Program-made: the position numbers and the translations under genes
The notes under the pieces: model-generated
What the model saw: the letters and a program-made list of their open reading frames with translations, nothing else
What the model was told of the DNA's origin: nothing
The model's database searches: none
Part shown: piece by piece, positions 38,473 to 48,677 of the stretch
How the letters are laid out: the number at the start of each line of letters is the position of its first letter
Position numbering within the stretch: the stretch's first letter is position 1
Sequence record: ON528745
DNA length: 64,000 nt
Reading direction: 5' to 3' (one strand)
Origin: Shigella phage ESH35

Positions 38473-38742
38473 ATGGAAAACTTAATTATCATCGAGCAAT
38501 CTTTCAACGATTATGGTATGGCTTACGGTTATCGTGCGATAATGGAAGATTCTCGTGGATGTGTTATCGATATTGCTGAATGTAAAGATTTACTGCAGCT
38601 TTTGAAGATTGTTCGCAAAAATTGGGATTGTGAAAACATTAAAGCTCGTGTTGTTACAGAAGAAGAAACTGTTTTTCATGATGTAAAATTCGCTAAAGGT
38701 GCTGCTACTCTTCTGAAACGTATCGCTCCACTGTTCAATTAA
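38473..38742 (+). CDS. hypothetical protein (89 aa)
   Basis: GGAGA SD and leader identical to that of ORF 19941. Confidence 0.45.
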   Translation: MENLIIIEQSFNDYGMAYGYRAIMEDSRGCVIDIAECKDLLQLLKIVRKNWDCENIKARVVTEEETVFHDVKFAKGAATLLKRIAPLFN

Positions 38743-38755
38743 TGAGGAAATTGTA

Positions 38756-38971
38756 ATGAAACGTAAAATTGTTCAGAATTGCACTAATGACGAATTTGAA
38801 GATGTATTATTTGATCCAGATTTGGTAGTGGTTCAAAAGGAACATACCGTTAAGTTTACTCACTTGACTTCGGTTTATGTGTATGAAAAGGTTGGTGATA
38901 AACAACCAATTTACGGTGTATTTCGTGAAATTACTGAAGATGGCACAACTTACTGGAAGGAAATTTATTAA
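38756..38971 (+). CDS. hypothetical protein (71 aa)
   Basis: ATG with GAGGA SD. Confidence 0.45.
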   Translation: MKRKIVQNCTNDEFEDVLFDPDLVVVQKEHTVKFTHLTSVYVYEKVGDKQPIYGVFREITEDGTTYWKEIY

Positions 38972-39396
38972 TGGCTATTAAATTTGAAGTTAATAAATGG
39001 TATCAATTTAAAAATAAACAAGCTCAAGAAGATTTTATCAAGGACCATACTGAAAACGGAATTTATGCACGACGTCTTGGTATGGAACCTTTTAGAGTTA
39101 CAGATATTGACTATCTTGGTCGTCCTACTAAAATTATGTCATTTACTGGCACAATTGGATATGCAACACATGGTGATATCCTTGACGAAAACTTTATCTG
39201 GCTCTCTACTAACGAAGCCGAGTTCTTTGATGAAGTGGAAAATCCATATCAGGCAGCTGAAGAGCAAGAGCAGGAAGAGAAAGAGCAAGAACAAATAGAA
39301 GATTTCACAGAATTTCCTGTCATGAAAGTTACTATTGAAAATAATGAACAGGCATGGTCCTTGTATCAAATGCTGAAAGCACACTTTAAGGAATAA
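38971..39396 (+). CDS. acidic protein (141 aa) at the T4 goF position
   Basis: size and synteny; [12 protein letters not shown] tract. Confidence 0.4.
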   Translation: MAIKFEVNKWYQFKNKQAQEDFIKDHTENGIYARRLGMEPFRVTDIDYLGRPTKIMSFTGTIGYATHGDILDENFIWLSTNEAEFFDEVENPYQAAEEQEQEEKEQEQIEDFTEFPVMKVTIENNEQAWSLYQMLKAHFKE

Positions 39397-39398
39397 TT

Positions 39399-39575
39399 AT
39401 GCCAACGTATGATTATAAATGCCAATCCGAAGATTGCGGGCATGAATATGAAAAAATTAAAAAGATTTCTGAACGAGAAAATGATGTTTGCCCTAAATGT
39501 CATCGTTTGTCTACTCGTCGGCCTTCTGCTCCTAAGCATGTGAATGGCGGTTTTTACGATTTACTTAAAGGGTGA
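39399..39575 (+). CDS. zinc-ribbon protein (FmdB-like, 58 aa)
   Basis: CQSEDCGH...CPKCH double CxxC pattern. Confidence 0.5.
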   Translation: MPTYDYKCQSEDCGHEYEKIKKISERENDVCPKCHRLSTRRPSAPKHVNGGFYDLLKG

Positions 39576-39577
39576 TT

Positions 39578-39952
39578 ATGTTTAAAATCGGTAAGAAATA
39601 TCGTGTTCGCGAAGGTGAAGAAAAGAAATATCTACTTTCTGCTAGTAATAGGAATGGTTCTATTAATGCCGTAATATCTACAAGCGAATTTATCGTTGAA
39701 GATATGAAAGGTCATAATGTTACAATGATTAGTACAGCAACTAGCAGAAATGCTGGAAAAATTCTTCACAGTCTGCGGAGTGAAGTTCTAATTTATGATG
39801 AAGAATTTGACTTCTTCGAAGAAGTTCCTGAAGATTTTGATTTTGAATGCACTATCACTATGAAATCTGGTGACCCTCTTTCTTTTACAGTTAAAGATGA
39901 AAGAAGCCGTTTGAGAATTATTAGTCTCCTTCAAGCCATTAAATTTAAGTGA
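39578..39952 (+). CDS. hypothetical protein (124 aa)
   Basis: internal ATG of track ORF 39572..39952. Confidence 0.45.
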   Translation: MFKIGKKYRVREGEEKKYLLSASNRNGSINAVISTSEFIVEDMKGHNVTMISTATSRNAGKILHSLRSEVLIYDEEFDFFEEVPEDFDFECTITMKSGDPLSFTVKDERSRLRIISLLQAIKFK

Positions 39953-40218
39953 AAATTATGAAATATATTAATCGTTCTATCGCGGCATTAGTATTAGCAG
40001 TGTCTTTAGCAGGATGTACTGATGCTGATAATGCAACCAAAGTTTTATCTTCAAGTGGTTTTACTAATATTGAAATCACTGGATATAATTGGTTTGGTTG
40101 TTCTGAAAATGATTTCCAACATACTGGATTTCGTGCTATTGGACCTACTGGGCAGAAAGTAGAAGGAACAGTATGTTCTGGGCTGTTCTTTAAGGATTCA
40201 ACTATTCGTTTTAAATAA
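39949..40218 (+). CDS. putative lipoprotein (89 aa)
   Basis: signal peptide with lipobox LAGC. Confidence 0.5.
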   Translation: MKIMKYINRSIAALVLAVSLAGCTDADNATKVLSSSGFTNIEITGYNWFGCSENDFQHTGFRAIGPTGQKVEGTVCSGLFFKDSTIRFK

Positions 40219-40219
40219 A

Positions 40220-40233
40220 AGGCCTTCGGGCCT
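40220..40233 (+). terminator. UUCG-tetraloop hairpin
   Basis: AGGCC-ttcg-GGCCT then TTT. Confidence 0.5.
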
Positions 40234-40260
40234 TTAGCTTTATGATTGCCGGAGTATAAT
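40234..40260 (+). promoter_or_regulatory. middle-promoter-like element for gene 39
   Basis: TTAGCTTTA, 12 bp, TATAAT; same module as upstream of gene 47. Confidence 0.45.
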
Positions 40261-40284
40261 ATTCCCGAAACCAAACGAGGATAA

Positions 40285-42105
40285 GTGATGATTAAGAATG
40301 AAATTAAAATTCTGAGCGATATTGAACATATCAAAAAGCGTAGCGGCATGTATATTGGCTCTTCTGCTAATGAAATGCATGAGCGCTTTCTGTTTGGTAA
40401 ATGGGAAAGTGTTCAGTATGTACCTGGTCTTGTTAAGCTTATTGATGAAATTATCGATAACTCAGTAGATGAAGGTATTCGTACTAAGTTTAAATTCGCG
40501 AATAAAATTAATGTTACCATTAAAGATAATCAGGTAACAGTTGAAGATAACGGTCGCGGTATTCCACAAGCGATGGTTAAAACACCTACTGGTGAAGAAA
40601 TTCCTGGTCCTGTTGCTGCCTGGACTATTCCAAAAGCAGGTGGTAACTTCGGTGATGATAAAGAACGCGTCACCGGTGGTATGAATGGTGTTGGTTCTAG
40701 TTTGACAAACATTTTTTCTGTGATGTTTGTCGGTGAAACTGGCGATGGTCAAAATAATATTGTAGTTCGTTGTTCAAATGGTATGGAAAATAAATCCTGG
40801 GAAACTATTCCTGGAAAATGGAAAGGAACTCGTGTTACTTTCATTCCTGATTTTATGTCATTTGAAACTAATGAGCTGTCTCAGGTTTATCTTGACATTA
40901 CACTGGACCGTCTCCAGACACTTGCTGTCGTTTATCCTGATATTCAATTTACTTTTAATGGTAAAAAGGTTCAGGGCAATTTTAAGAAATATGCACGACA
41001 GTATGATGAACATGCTATTGTTCAAGAACAAGAAAATTGTTCTATTGCGGTTGGTCGTTCACCGGATGGTTTTCGTCAATTAACTTACGTGAATAACATT
41101 CATACTAAGAATGGTGGCCATCACATTGACTGTGTTATGGATGATATTTGCGAAGACCTTATTCCACAAATCAAACGTAAATTCAAAATTGATGTAACTA
41201 AAGCACGCGTTAAAGAATGTTTGACTATCGTTATGTTTGTTCGTGATATGAAAAACATGCGATTTGATTCTCAAACTAAAGAGCGTTTGACTTCTCCATT
41301 TGGCGAAATTCGTAGTCATATTCAACTTGATGCTAAAAAGATTTCACGCGCTATTCTAAATAATGAAGCAATTCTGATGCCGATTATTGAAGCTGCGTTG
41401 GCTCGTAAATTGGCGGCAGAAAAAGCAGCAGAAACTAAAGCAGCTAAAAAGGCTTCTAAAGCTAAGGTTCATAAACATATCAAAGCGAATCTTTGTGGTA
41501 AAGATGCTGACACTACTCTTTTCTTGACTGAGGGTGATTCTGCTATCGGATATCTTATTGATGTTCGTGATAAAGAACTTCATGGTGGTTATCCATTGCG
41601 TGGTAAAGTTCTTAACAGCTGGGGTATGTCATATGCTGATATGCTTAAAAACAAAGAACTATTTGATATTTGCGCAATCACTGGATTAGTTCTTGGTGAA
41701 AAAGCTGAAAACTTGAATTATCATAATATTGCTATTATGACCGATGCTGACCATGATGGTCTAGGAAGCATTTATCCTTCTCTGCTCGGGTTTTTTAGTA
41801 ATTGGCCAGAATTGTTTGAGCAAGGACGAATTCGCTTTGTCAAAACTCCTGTAATCATCGCTCAGGTCGGTAAAAAACAAGAATGGTTTTATACAATCGC
41901 TGAATATGAGAGTGCCAAAGATGCTCTACCTAAACATAGCATCCGTTATATTAAAGGACTTGGCTCTTTGGAAAAATCTGAATATCGTGAGATGATTCAA
42001 AATCCAGCATATGATGTTGTTAAACTTCCTGAGAACTGGAAAGAGCTTTTTGAAATGCTCATGGGAGATAATGCTGACCTTCGCAAAGAATGGATGAGCC
42101 AGTAG
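40285..42105 (+). CDS. 39: DNA topoisomerase II large (ATPase) subunit, unsplit
   Basis: 606 aa from GTG (605 from ATG 40288); GHKL ATPase motifs. Confidence 0.93.
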   Translation: MMIKNEIKILSDIEHIKKRSGMYIGSSANEMHERFLFGKWESVQYVPGLVKLIDEIIDNSVDEGIRTKFKFANKINVTIKDNQVTVEDNGRGIPQAMVKTPTGEEIPGPVAAWTIPKAGGNFGDDKERVTGGMNGVGSSLTNIFSVMFVGETGDGQNNIVVRCSNGMENKSWETIPGKWKGTRVTFIPDFMSFETNELSQVYLDITLDRLQTLAVVYPDIQFTFNGKKVQGNFKKYARQYDEHAIVQEQENCSIAVGRSPDGFRQLTYVNNIHTKNGGHHIDCVMDDICEDLIPQIKRKFKIDVTKARVKECLTIVMFVRDMKNMRFDSQTKERLTSPFGEIRSHIQLDAKKISRAILNNEAILMPIIEAALARKLAAEKAAETKAAKKASKAKVHKHIKANLCGKDADTTLFLTEGDSAIGYLIDVRDKELHGGYPLRGKVLNSWGMSYADMLKNKELFDICAITGLVLGEKAENLNYHNIAIMTDADHDGLGSIYPSLLGFFSNWPELFEQGRIRFVKTPVIIAQVGKKQEWFYTIAEYESAKDALPKHSIRYIKGLGSLEKSEYREMIQNPAYDVVKLPENWKELFEMLMGDNADLRKEWMSQ

Positions 42106-42134
42106 TTTACTTTACCACAAGGATGTGGTATAAT
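42106..42134 (+). promoter_or_regulatory. T4-type early promoter
   Basis: TTTACT, 17 bp, TGgTATAAT. Confidence 0.6.
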
Positions 42135-42159
42135 TAATTGGGCAAATGAGGATATTGGA

Positions 42160-42363
42160 ATGAAATCATATAAAGTAAATTTAGAACTTTTTGATAAAGC
42201 AGTTCATCGAGAATATAGAATCATTCAACGCTTTTTCGATATGGGAGAAGCCGAAGAATTTAAAAACCGCTTTAAAGATATTAGAGATAAAATTCAATCC
42301 GACACTGCAACTAAAGATGAACTACTAGAAGTTGCTGAAGTTATTAAGCGTAATATGAATTAA
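42160..42363 (+). CDS. hypothetical protein (67 aa)
   Basis: ATG with GAGGA SD. Confidence 0.4.
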   Translation: MKSYKVNLELFDKAVHREYRIIQRFFDMGEAEEFKNRFKDIRDKIQSDTATKDELLEVAEVIKRNMN

Positions 42364-42373
42364 TGAGGAAATT

Positions 42374-44551
42374 ATGATTATCACCACTGAAAAAGAAACA
42401 ATTCTTGGTAATGGTTCTAAATCAAAAGCATTTAGCATCACAGCATCTCCTAAAGTATTTAAAATTCTGTCATCTGATTTGTATACAAACAAAATTCGCG
42501 CAGTTGTTCGTGAATTGATTACCAACATGATTGATGCCCATGCTCTCAATGGAAATCCTGAAAAATTTATCATTCAAGTTCCTGGACGTTTAGATCCACG
42601 ATTTGTTTGTCGAGATTTTGGTCCGGGTATGAGTGATTTTGATATTCAGGGTGATGATAATTCTCCTGGGTTATATAATTCATACTTCAGTTCATCTAAG
42701 GCTGAATCTAACGATTTCATTGGCGGATTTGGTTTAGGTTCTAAATCTCCGTTTAGTTATACTGATACGTTTAGTATTACTTCGTATCATAAAGGTGAAA
42801 TTCGTGGTTATGTAGCTTACATGGATGGTGATGGTCCACAAATTAAACCTACATTCGTGAAAGAAATGGGTCCAGATGATAAAACTGGTATTGAAATCGT
42901 AGTTCCAGTTGAAGAAAAAGACTTTAGAAACTTTGCTTATGAAGTTTCTTATATCATGCGACCGTTCAAAGATTTGGCTATTATTAATGGTCTTGACCGC
43001 GAAATTGATTATTTTCCGGATTTTGATGACTATTACGGTGTAAATCCAGAAAGATACTGGCCTGATCGTGGTGGATTATATGCTATCTATGGTGGTATTG
43101 TTTATCCTATCGATGGTGTTATTAGAGACCGTAACTGGCTAAGCATTCGCAATGAAGTGAATTACATTAAATTTCCAATGGGTTCACTTGATATTGCTCC
43201 ATCTCGCGAGGCTCTTTCACTGGATGATCGTACTCGTAAAAATATTATTGAACGAGTTAAAGAACTCAGTGAGAAAGCATTTAATGAAGATGTAAAACGA
43301 TTTAAAGAATCTACATCTCCCCGTCACACATATCGTGAATTGATGAAGATGGGGTATTCTGCTCGAGATTATATGATTAGTAATTCAGTCAAATTCACGA
43401 CTAAAAATCTGTCATATAAAAAGATGCAGAGCATGTTTGAACCTGACAGTAAGTTATGTAATGCAGGCGTGGTGTATGAAGTAAATCTTGACCCTCGACT
43501 GAAACGCATTAAGCAAAGTCATGAAACATCAGCCGTTGCGTCAAGTTATCGTCTGTTTGGTATTAATACAACAAAAATTAATATCGTTATTGATAATATT
43601 AAAAATCGTGTTAATATTGTCCGTGGATTAGCACATGCGCTAGATGATAGTGAATTTAATAACACTTTAAATATTCATCACAATGAGCGTCTTCTGTTTA
43701 TTAATCCGGAAGTAGAATCGCAGATTGATTTACTACCTGATATTATGGCAATGTTTGAAAGTGATGAAGTTAACATTCATTATTTGTCAGAAATTGAAGC
43801 TTTAGTTAAAAGCTATATTCCAAAGGTAGTTAAAAGTAAAGCTCCTCGTCCTAAAGCTGCTACAGCATTTAAGTTTGAAATTAAAGATGGGCGTTGGGAA
43901 AAAGAGGAATTATTTACACTTACGTCAGAAGCAGATGAAATTACTGGTTATGTAGCGTATATGCATCGTTCTGATATTTTCTCTATGGATGGTACTACAT
44001 CACTTTGTCATCCATCTATGAATATTTTGATTCGTATGGCTAATCTTATTGGCATTAATGAATTTTATGTTATTCGTCCGCTTTTACAGAAAAAGGTAAA
44101 AGAACTCGGTCAGTGCCAATGTATTTTTGAAGCTTTGCGTGATTTATATGTAGATGCTTTTGATGATGTAGATTATGATAAGTATGTAGGTTATTCAAGT
44201 TCAGCTCAACGATATATTGATAAAATTATCAAGTATCCTGAACTAGATTTTATGATGAAGTACTTCAGTACAGATGAAGTTTCTGAAGAATATACACGAC
44301 TTGGTAATATGGTTAGTTCATTACGCGGTGTGTATTTCAATGGTGGAAAAGATACCATCGGTCATGATATCTGGACAGTAACTAATCTCTTTGATGAATT
44401 ATCACGTAATGCTTCAAAAAATAGTGATAAAATGGTTGCTGAGTTTACCAAGAAATTCCGTATTGTTTCCGACTTCATCGGATATCGCAACTCTTTAAGT
44501 GATGATGAAGTTTCCCAAATCGCTAAAACTATGAAGGCCCTTGCGGCCTAA
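42374..44551 (+). CDS. rIIA: rIIA membrane-associated protein
   Basis: 725 aa as in T4; N-terminal GHKL-like ATPase motif. Confidence 0.92.
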   Translation: MIITTEKETILGNGSKSKAFSITASPKVFKILSSDLYTNKIRAVVRELITNMIDAHALNGNPEKFIIQVPGRLDPRFVCRDFGPGMSDFDIQGDDNSPGLYNSYFSSSKAESNDFIGGFGLGSKSPFSYTDTFSITSYHKGEIRGYVAYMDGDGPQIKPTFVKEMGPDDKTGIEIVVPVEEKDFRNFAYEVSYIMRPFKDLAIINGLDREIDYFPDFDDYYGVNPERYWPDRGGLYAIYGGIVYPIDGVIRDRNWLSIRNEVNYIKFPMGSLDIAPSREALSLDDRTRKNIIERVKELSEKAFNEDVKRFKESTSPRHTYRELMKMGYSARDYMISNSVKFTTKNLSYKKMQSMFEPDSKLCNAGVVYEVNLDPRLKRIKQSHETSAVASSYRLFGINTTKINIVIDNIKNRVNIVRGLAHALDDSEFNNTLNIHHNERLLFINPEVESQIDLLPDIMAMFESDEVNIHYLSEIEALVKSYIPKVVKSKAPRPKAATAFKFEIKDGRWEKEELFTLTSEADEITGYVAYMHRSDIFSMDGTTSLCHPSMNILIRMANLIGINEFYVIRPLLQKKVKELGQCQCIFEALRDLYVDAFDDVDYDKYVGYSSSAQRYIDKIIKYPELDFMMKYFSTDEVSEEYTRLGNMVSSLRGVYFNGGKDTIGHDIWTVTNLFDELSRNASKNSDKMVAEFTKKFRIVSDFIGYRNSLSDDEVSQIAKTMKALAA

Positions 44552-44562
44552 TAAGGAAAATT

Positions 44563-45501
44563 ATGTACAATATTAAATGCCTGACCAAAAACGAACAAGC
44601 TGAAATTGTTAAGCTGTATTCAAGTGGTAATTACACCCAACAGGAATTGGCTGATTGGCAAGGTGTATCGGTTGACACAATTCGTCGTGTTTTGAAAAAT
44701 GCTGAAGAAGCTAAACGCTCTAAAGTTACTATTAGCGGTGATATTACAATTAAAGTTAATAGCGATGCAGTTATTGCTCCAGTTGCTAAATCTGACATTA
44801 TTTGGAATGCATCTAAAAAATTCATTTCAATTACTGTTGACGGTGTAACTTATAACGCAACTCCTAATACTCATTCAAACTTCCAGGAAATTCTTAATCT
44901 GCTTGTAGCAGATAAGTTGGAAGAAGCGGCACAAAAAATTAATGTTCGTCGCGCTGTTGAAAAATATATTTCCGGCGATGTTCGAATTGAAGGCGGAAGC
45001 TTGTTCTATCAAAATATCGAATTACGGTCTGGTTTAGTTGATCGTATTCTCGATTCGATGGAAAAAGGTGAAAACTTTGAATTTTATTTTCCGTTCTTGG
45101 AAAATCTGCTGGAAAACCCAAGCCAGAAAGCGGTATCTCGACTCTTTGATTTCTTGGTAGCAAACGATATTGAAATTACAGAAGATGGTTACTTCTATGC
45201 TTGGAAAGTAGTTCGTGACAACTACTTTGACTGTCACTCAAACACCTTTGATAACAGTCCTGGTAAAGTAGTTAAAATGCCGCGTACTCGTGTGAATGAC
45301 GATGATACACAAACTTGTTCTCGTGGTCTGCATGTGTGTTCTAAATCTTATATTCGTCACTTTGGCAGTTCAACCAGCCGAGTTGTAAAAGTTAAAGTAC
45401 ATCCACGTGATGTAGTATCAATTCCGATTGATTACAACGATGCTAAAATGCGTACCTGCCAATACGAAGTAGTTGAAGACGTTACTGAACAATTTAAATA
45501 A
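44563..45501 (+). CDS. rIIB: rIIB protein
   Basis: 312 aa as in T4, immediately after rIIA. Confidence 0.88.
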   Translation: MYNIKCLTKNEQAEIVKLYSSGNYTQQELADWQGVSVDTIRRVLKNAEEAKRSKVTISGDITIKVNSDAVIAPVAKSDIIWNASKKFISITVDGVTYNATPNTHSNFQEILNLLVADKLEEAAQKINVRRAVEKYISGDVRIEGGSLFYQNIELRSGLVDRILDSMEKGENFEFYFPFLENLLENPSQKAVSRLFDFLVANDIEITEDGYFYAWKVVRDNYFDCHSNTFDNSPGKVVKMPRTRVNDDDTQTCSRGLHVCSKSYIRHFGSSTSRVVKVKVHPRDVVSIPIDYNDAKMRTCQYEVVEDVTEQFK

Positions 45502-45514
45502 GGGCTTCGGCCCT
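45501..45514 (+). terminator. UUCG-tetraloop hairpin after rIIB
   Basis: AGGGC-ttcg-GCCCT; weak U tract. Confidence 0.4.
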
Positions 45515-45533
45515 TATCATATTAAGGAAAATT

Positions 45534-45728
45534 ATGTTAGGTTATCAAGCACGAGTAAAAGAAGAATACGATCAATTAATGCTCAAAATTAATGCACTGA
45601 GCAAATTTTTAGAAAGCGCAAAGTTTCTAACAGTTAACGCAGTTGAGCAAGAACTGCTACTTTCGCAGTTCATCTCAATGAAATCTTATGCTGAGTGTCT
45701 AGAGAAAAGAATCGCACAATTCAAATAA
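45534..45728 (+). CDS. hypothetical protein (64 aa)
   Basis: ATG with AAGGAAA upstream. Confidence 0.4.
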   Translation: MLGYQARVKEEYDQLMLKINALSKFLESAKFLTVNAVEQELLLSQFISMKSYAECLEKRIAQFK

Positions 45729-45731
45729 AAT

Positions 45732-45755
45732 AAGGGCTTCGGCCCTTTTGTTTTA
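45732..45755 (+). terminator. rho-independent terminator
   Basis: AAGGGC-ttcg-GCCCTT then TTTGTTTT. Confidence 0.7.
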
Positions 45756-45791
45756 AGAGAAATTATGATTCCGACATAAAGGAAAGTTTAA

Positions 45792-46349
45792 ATGCAGAAA
45801 ACGAATCCGGGTTTACAGAGACTATTTCAGATTCCGACATTTACCCTATCGAACAGTGACTTGACTAGTGAAATGAAGGTCAAAATTGCTGATACAGCAA
45901 GATACTCTTTAAAACAAAACCCGAACCAGGATAAAGCAGAAGTTATCGAAAGATGCCGTATCGCTGTGTACGCAGAGTTTTTTGTGGCAGATTGGCTAAG
46001 CGGATATGTCAATAAAGGCCAAGAAAATGTCGATGATCCGTACACGTATGCATGGGATGTTTTAGCGCATCCAAAATATTGCGGGCTTCGTGTAGAAGTC
46101 AAAACACATCAAACTGACTCGCGTTGGATTTCGGTAACAACGGGATGCAGCGGAGAGTATCCATATGGTTCTGGAATAAATTTAGGGCCCATTCTAAATC
46201 ATCAAGTCGCTGACTGTATAATTATATTCAACACTAAAGAAATTCATCCAGGTGTCATCCAGTACACTCCGAAGTTCATCGGTGACAGAGAAGACCTTCG
46301 TAAGGTTGTAAGAAAAAGCAACTACAACGGATGGTATCTTTCCATTTAA
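45792..46349 (+). CDS. denB: endonuclease IV-like (DenB position)
   Basis: 185 aa as in T4, after rIIB. Confidence 0.65.
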   Translation: MQKTNPGLQRLFQIPTFTLSNSDLTSEMKVKIADTARYSLKQNPNQDKAEVIERCRIAVYAEFFVADWLSGYVNKGQENVDDPYTYAWDVLAHPKYCGLRVEVKTHQTDSRWISVTTGCSGEYPYGSGINLGPILNHQVADCIIIFNTKEIHPGVIQYTPKFIGDREDLRKVVRKSNYNGWYLSI

Positions 46350-46368
46350 AAATTTTTTCACAAAACGG

Positions 46369-46397
46369 TTTACATACCACAAGGACCGTGGTACTAT
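46369..46397 (+). promoter_or_regulatory. T4-type early promoter cassette
   Basis: TTTACA, 17 bp, TGgTACTAT; modules shared with 46875 and 48881. Confidence 0.6.
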
Positions 46398-46425
46398 TAC
46401 CCTATCAACTACGGAGGAGCGGAAA

Positions 46426-46689
46426 ATGAAATTTAAATTTTATTACGCTAAACATAAAATAACTGATGAGTTTGTGTCAGTTGAATATTCTAGCGATGAT
46501 GAAGGCATGATTTATACTCGCTTAGGATTATCGCATTGGGAGTCTGATCAGCCTTATTTTTCAACTCCCGAAGAAATTACACGCTTAGTTAATGGTCATA
46601 TGAATGACCACTGGAATGTAATTCTTTCAGATAGTCTTAAAGCGGCTATTAATAGTAATGAAATGAAAATCGCTGAGATTGAGCTATGA
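46426..46689 (+). CDS. hypothetical acidic protein (87 aa)
   Basis: GGAGGAG SD. Confidence 0.45.
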   Translation: MKFKFYYAKHKITDEFVSVEYSSDDEGMIYTRLGLSHWESDQPYFSTPEEITRLVNGHMNDHWNVILSDSLKAAINSNEMKIAEIEL

Positions 46690-46867
46690 GTTCATTATGG
46701 TGGTGTTTCGTTTGGTTAATTAGTATTCCATTAATTTGTTTAACATTTACTTTTGTGATGAGGTTATTATGAAAATTTTGAATTCTGTACTTATTGCTTG
46801 TGCGTGGTGGGTTGCACAGGTTTCAGCAGTGGTGATTGGTATTCACATTTATTACGAATATTTTTAA
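46686..46867 (+). other. two overlapping micro-ORFs (28 aa and 32 aa) encoding hydrophobic peptides
   Basis: ATG ORFs 46686..46772 and 46769..46867; ATGA coupling. Confidence 0.2.
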
Positions 46868-46874
46868 AAAGTTG

Positions 46875-46903
46875 TTTACAAGACTGTTCTTCCGTGGTAC
46901 TAT
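46875..46903 (+). promoter_or_regulatory. T4-type early promoter cassette
   Basis: TTTACA, 17 bp, TGgTACTAT. Confidence 0.6.
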
Positions 46904-46931
46904 TACCCTATCAACTACGGAGGAACAGAAA

Positions 46932-47045
46932 ATGAAAAAGATTGTTAAAGCTATATGGAATGTAGTTATAATACTAATAGTTTTGAGTATATTCCCAATC
47001 GTTTTAATGATTGATGTATTAAACGTTTACTTTGGATTTATGTGA
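46932..47045 (+). CDS. small membrane peptide (37 aa)
   Basis: GGAGGA SD, single transmembrane segment. Confidence 0.3.
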   Translation: MKKIVKAIWNVVIILIVLSIFPIVLMIDVLNVYFGFM

Positions 47046-47052
47046 GGAAAAT

Positions 47053-47211
47053 ATGAATATTGCAAAATTATTAGGAGTTATTTCATTTATTTGTTGGATA
47101 GTAGCATGTGTTTTAACTATCTGTATTGATGCTAGCAGTGTGTTTTCACAAGCTTTAGCCCAGGGTATGTGTGCATATTTAACATTTGTGTTGTTATCTA
47201 CTAATGATTAA
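47053..47211 (+). CDS. small membrane protein (52 aa)
   Basis: GAGGA SD, two hydrophobic segments. Confidence 0.3.
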   Translation: MNIAKLLGVISFICWIVACVLTICIDASSVFSQALAQGMCAYLTFVLLSTND

Positions 47212-47344
47212 GAAAATCTTGGGCTATTCACTAGCCCTTGCTACTTTATTGGTAGCACTATATTATGGAGTAATGTTCGGATTAATTCAAGTCGTGCTTT
47301 TCATTTCTGATGTTATTATGGCACTACATTCACTAGTATGGTAA
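47204..47344 (+). CDS. small membrane protein (46 aa)
   Basis: overlapping start; hydrophobic. Confidence 0.25.
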   Translation: MIKKILGYSLALATLLVALYYGVMFGLIQVVLFISDVIMALHSLVW

Positions 47345-47348
47345 ATTT

Positions 47349-48677
47349 ATGCAACTGAATAATCGCGATTTAAAAAGTATCATTGATAATGAAGCACTGG
47401 CTTATGCTATGTACACGGTTGAAAATCGTGCTATCCCAAATATGATTGACGGATTTAAGCCAGTTCAACGATTTGTTATTGCTCGAGCTCTTGATTTGGC
47501 ACGAGGAAATAAAGATAAGTTTCACAAACTCGCTTCTATCGCAGGTGGTGTAGCGGACCTTGGATATCATCATGGCGAAAACTCTGCACAAGACGCAGGT
47601 GCTTTGATGGCTAACACTTGGAATAATAACTTTCCTCTGTTAGATGGTCAAGGAAACTTCGGTTCTCGTACCGTTCAAAAAGCAGCGGCAAGTCGTTATA
47701 TTTTTGCTCGTGTAAGTAAAAATTTCTATAACGTATATAAAGATACTGAGTATGCTCCGGTACATCAAGATAAAGAACACATTCCGCCTGCTTTCTATTT
47801 GCCTATTATTCCTACTGTTCTTCTTAATGGCGTTTCCGGTATTGCAACTGGTTATGCAACTTACATTCTTCCTCATAGTGTTTCTTCTGTCAAGAAAGCT
47901 GTACTGCAAGCTCTTCAAGGAAAGAAAGTAACTAAACCGAAGGTAGAATTCCCAGAATTTCGTGGTGAAGTTGTTGAAATTGATGGGCAGTATGAAATTC
48001 GTGGAACATATAAGTTTACTTCACGAACTCAAATGCATATCACTGAGATTCCATATAAGTATGATCGTGAAACTTATGTGAGTAAAATCTTAGACCCACT
48101 TGAAGATAAAGGCTTCATTACATGGGATGATGCTTGCGGTGAGCACGGTTTTGGATTCAAAGTTAAATTCCGCAAAGAATATTCTTTGAGCGATAATGAA
48201 GAAGAACGCCATGCAAAAATTATGAAAGACTTCGGGTTGATTGAGCGTCGTTCTCAGAATATTACGGTTATTAATGAGAAAGGAAAACTACAAGTTTACG
48301 ATAACGTAGTTGATTTAATTAAAGATTTCGTTGAAGTTCGTAAAACTTATGTCCAAAAACGAATTGATAACAAAATTAAAGAAACTGAGTCAGCTTTTCG
48401 TTTAGCCTTTGCCAAGGCACATTTCATTAAGAAAGTAATTTCAGGTGAAATTATTGTACAGGGTAAAACTCGTAAAGAACTGACCGAAGAACTTTCGAAA
48501 ATCGATATGTATTCTTCTTATGTTGATAAATTAGTTGGAATGAATATTTTTCATATGACTTCCGACGAAGCAAAGAAACTTGCTGAAGAAGCTAAAGCTA
48601 AAAAAGAAGAAAACGAATATTGGAAAACTACTGATGTAGTTACTGAATACACCAAAGATTTAGAGGAAATCAAATGA
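47349..48677 (+). CDS. 52: DNA topoisomerase II medium (GyrA-like) subunit
   Basis: 442 aa as in T4. Confidence 0.92.
   Translation: MQLNNRDLKSIIDNEALAYAMYTVENRAIPNMIDGFKPVQRFVIARALDLARGNKDKFHKLASIAGGVADLGYHHGENSAQDAGALMANTWNNNFPLLDGQGNFGSRTVQKAAASRYIFARVSKNFYNVYKDTEYAPVHQDKEHIPPAFYLPIIPTVLLNGVSGIATGYATYILPHSVSSVKKAVLQALQGKKVTKPKVEFPEFRGEVVEIDGQYEIRGTYKFTSRTQMHITEIPYKYDRETYVSKILDPLEDKGFITWDDACGEHGFGFKVKFRKEYSLSDNEEERHAKIMKDFGLIERRSQNITVINEKGKLQVYDNVVDLIKDFVEVRKTYVQKRIDNKIKETESAFRLAFAKAHFIKKVISGEIIVQGKTRKELTEELSKIDMYSSYVDKLVGMNIFHMTSDEAKKLAEEAKAKKEENEYWKTTDVVTEYTKDLEEIK

Noticed and set aside
39945-40349. 134-aa minus-strand ORF
   Set aside because: Spans the lipoprotein ORF, the terminator/promoter module and the gene 39 start on the wrong strand.
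40462-41583. Several + and minus alternative-frame ORFs of 60 to 101 aa
   Set aside because: All internal to topoisomerase gene 39.
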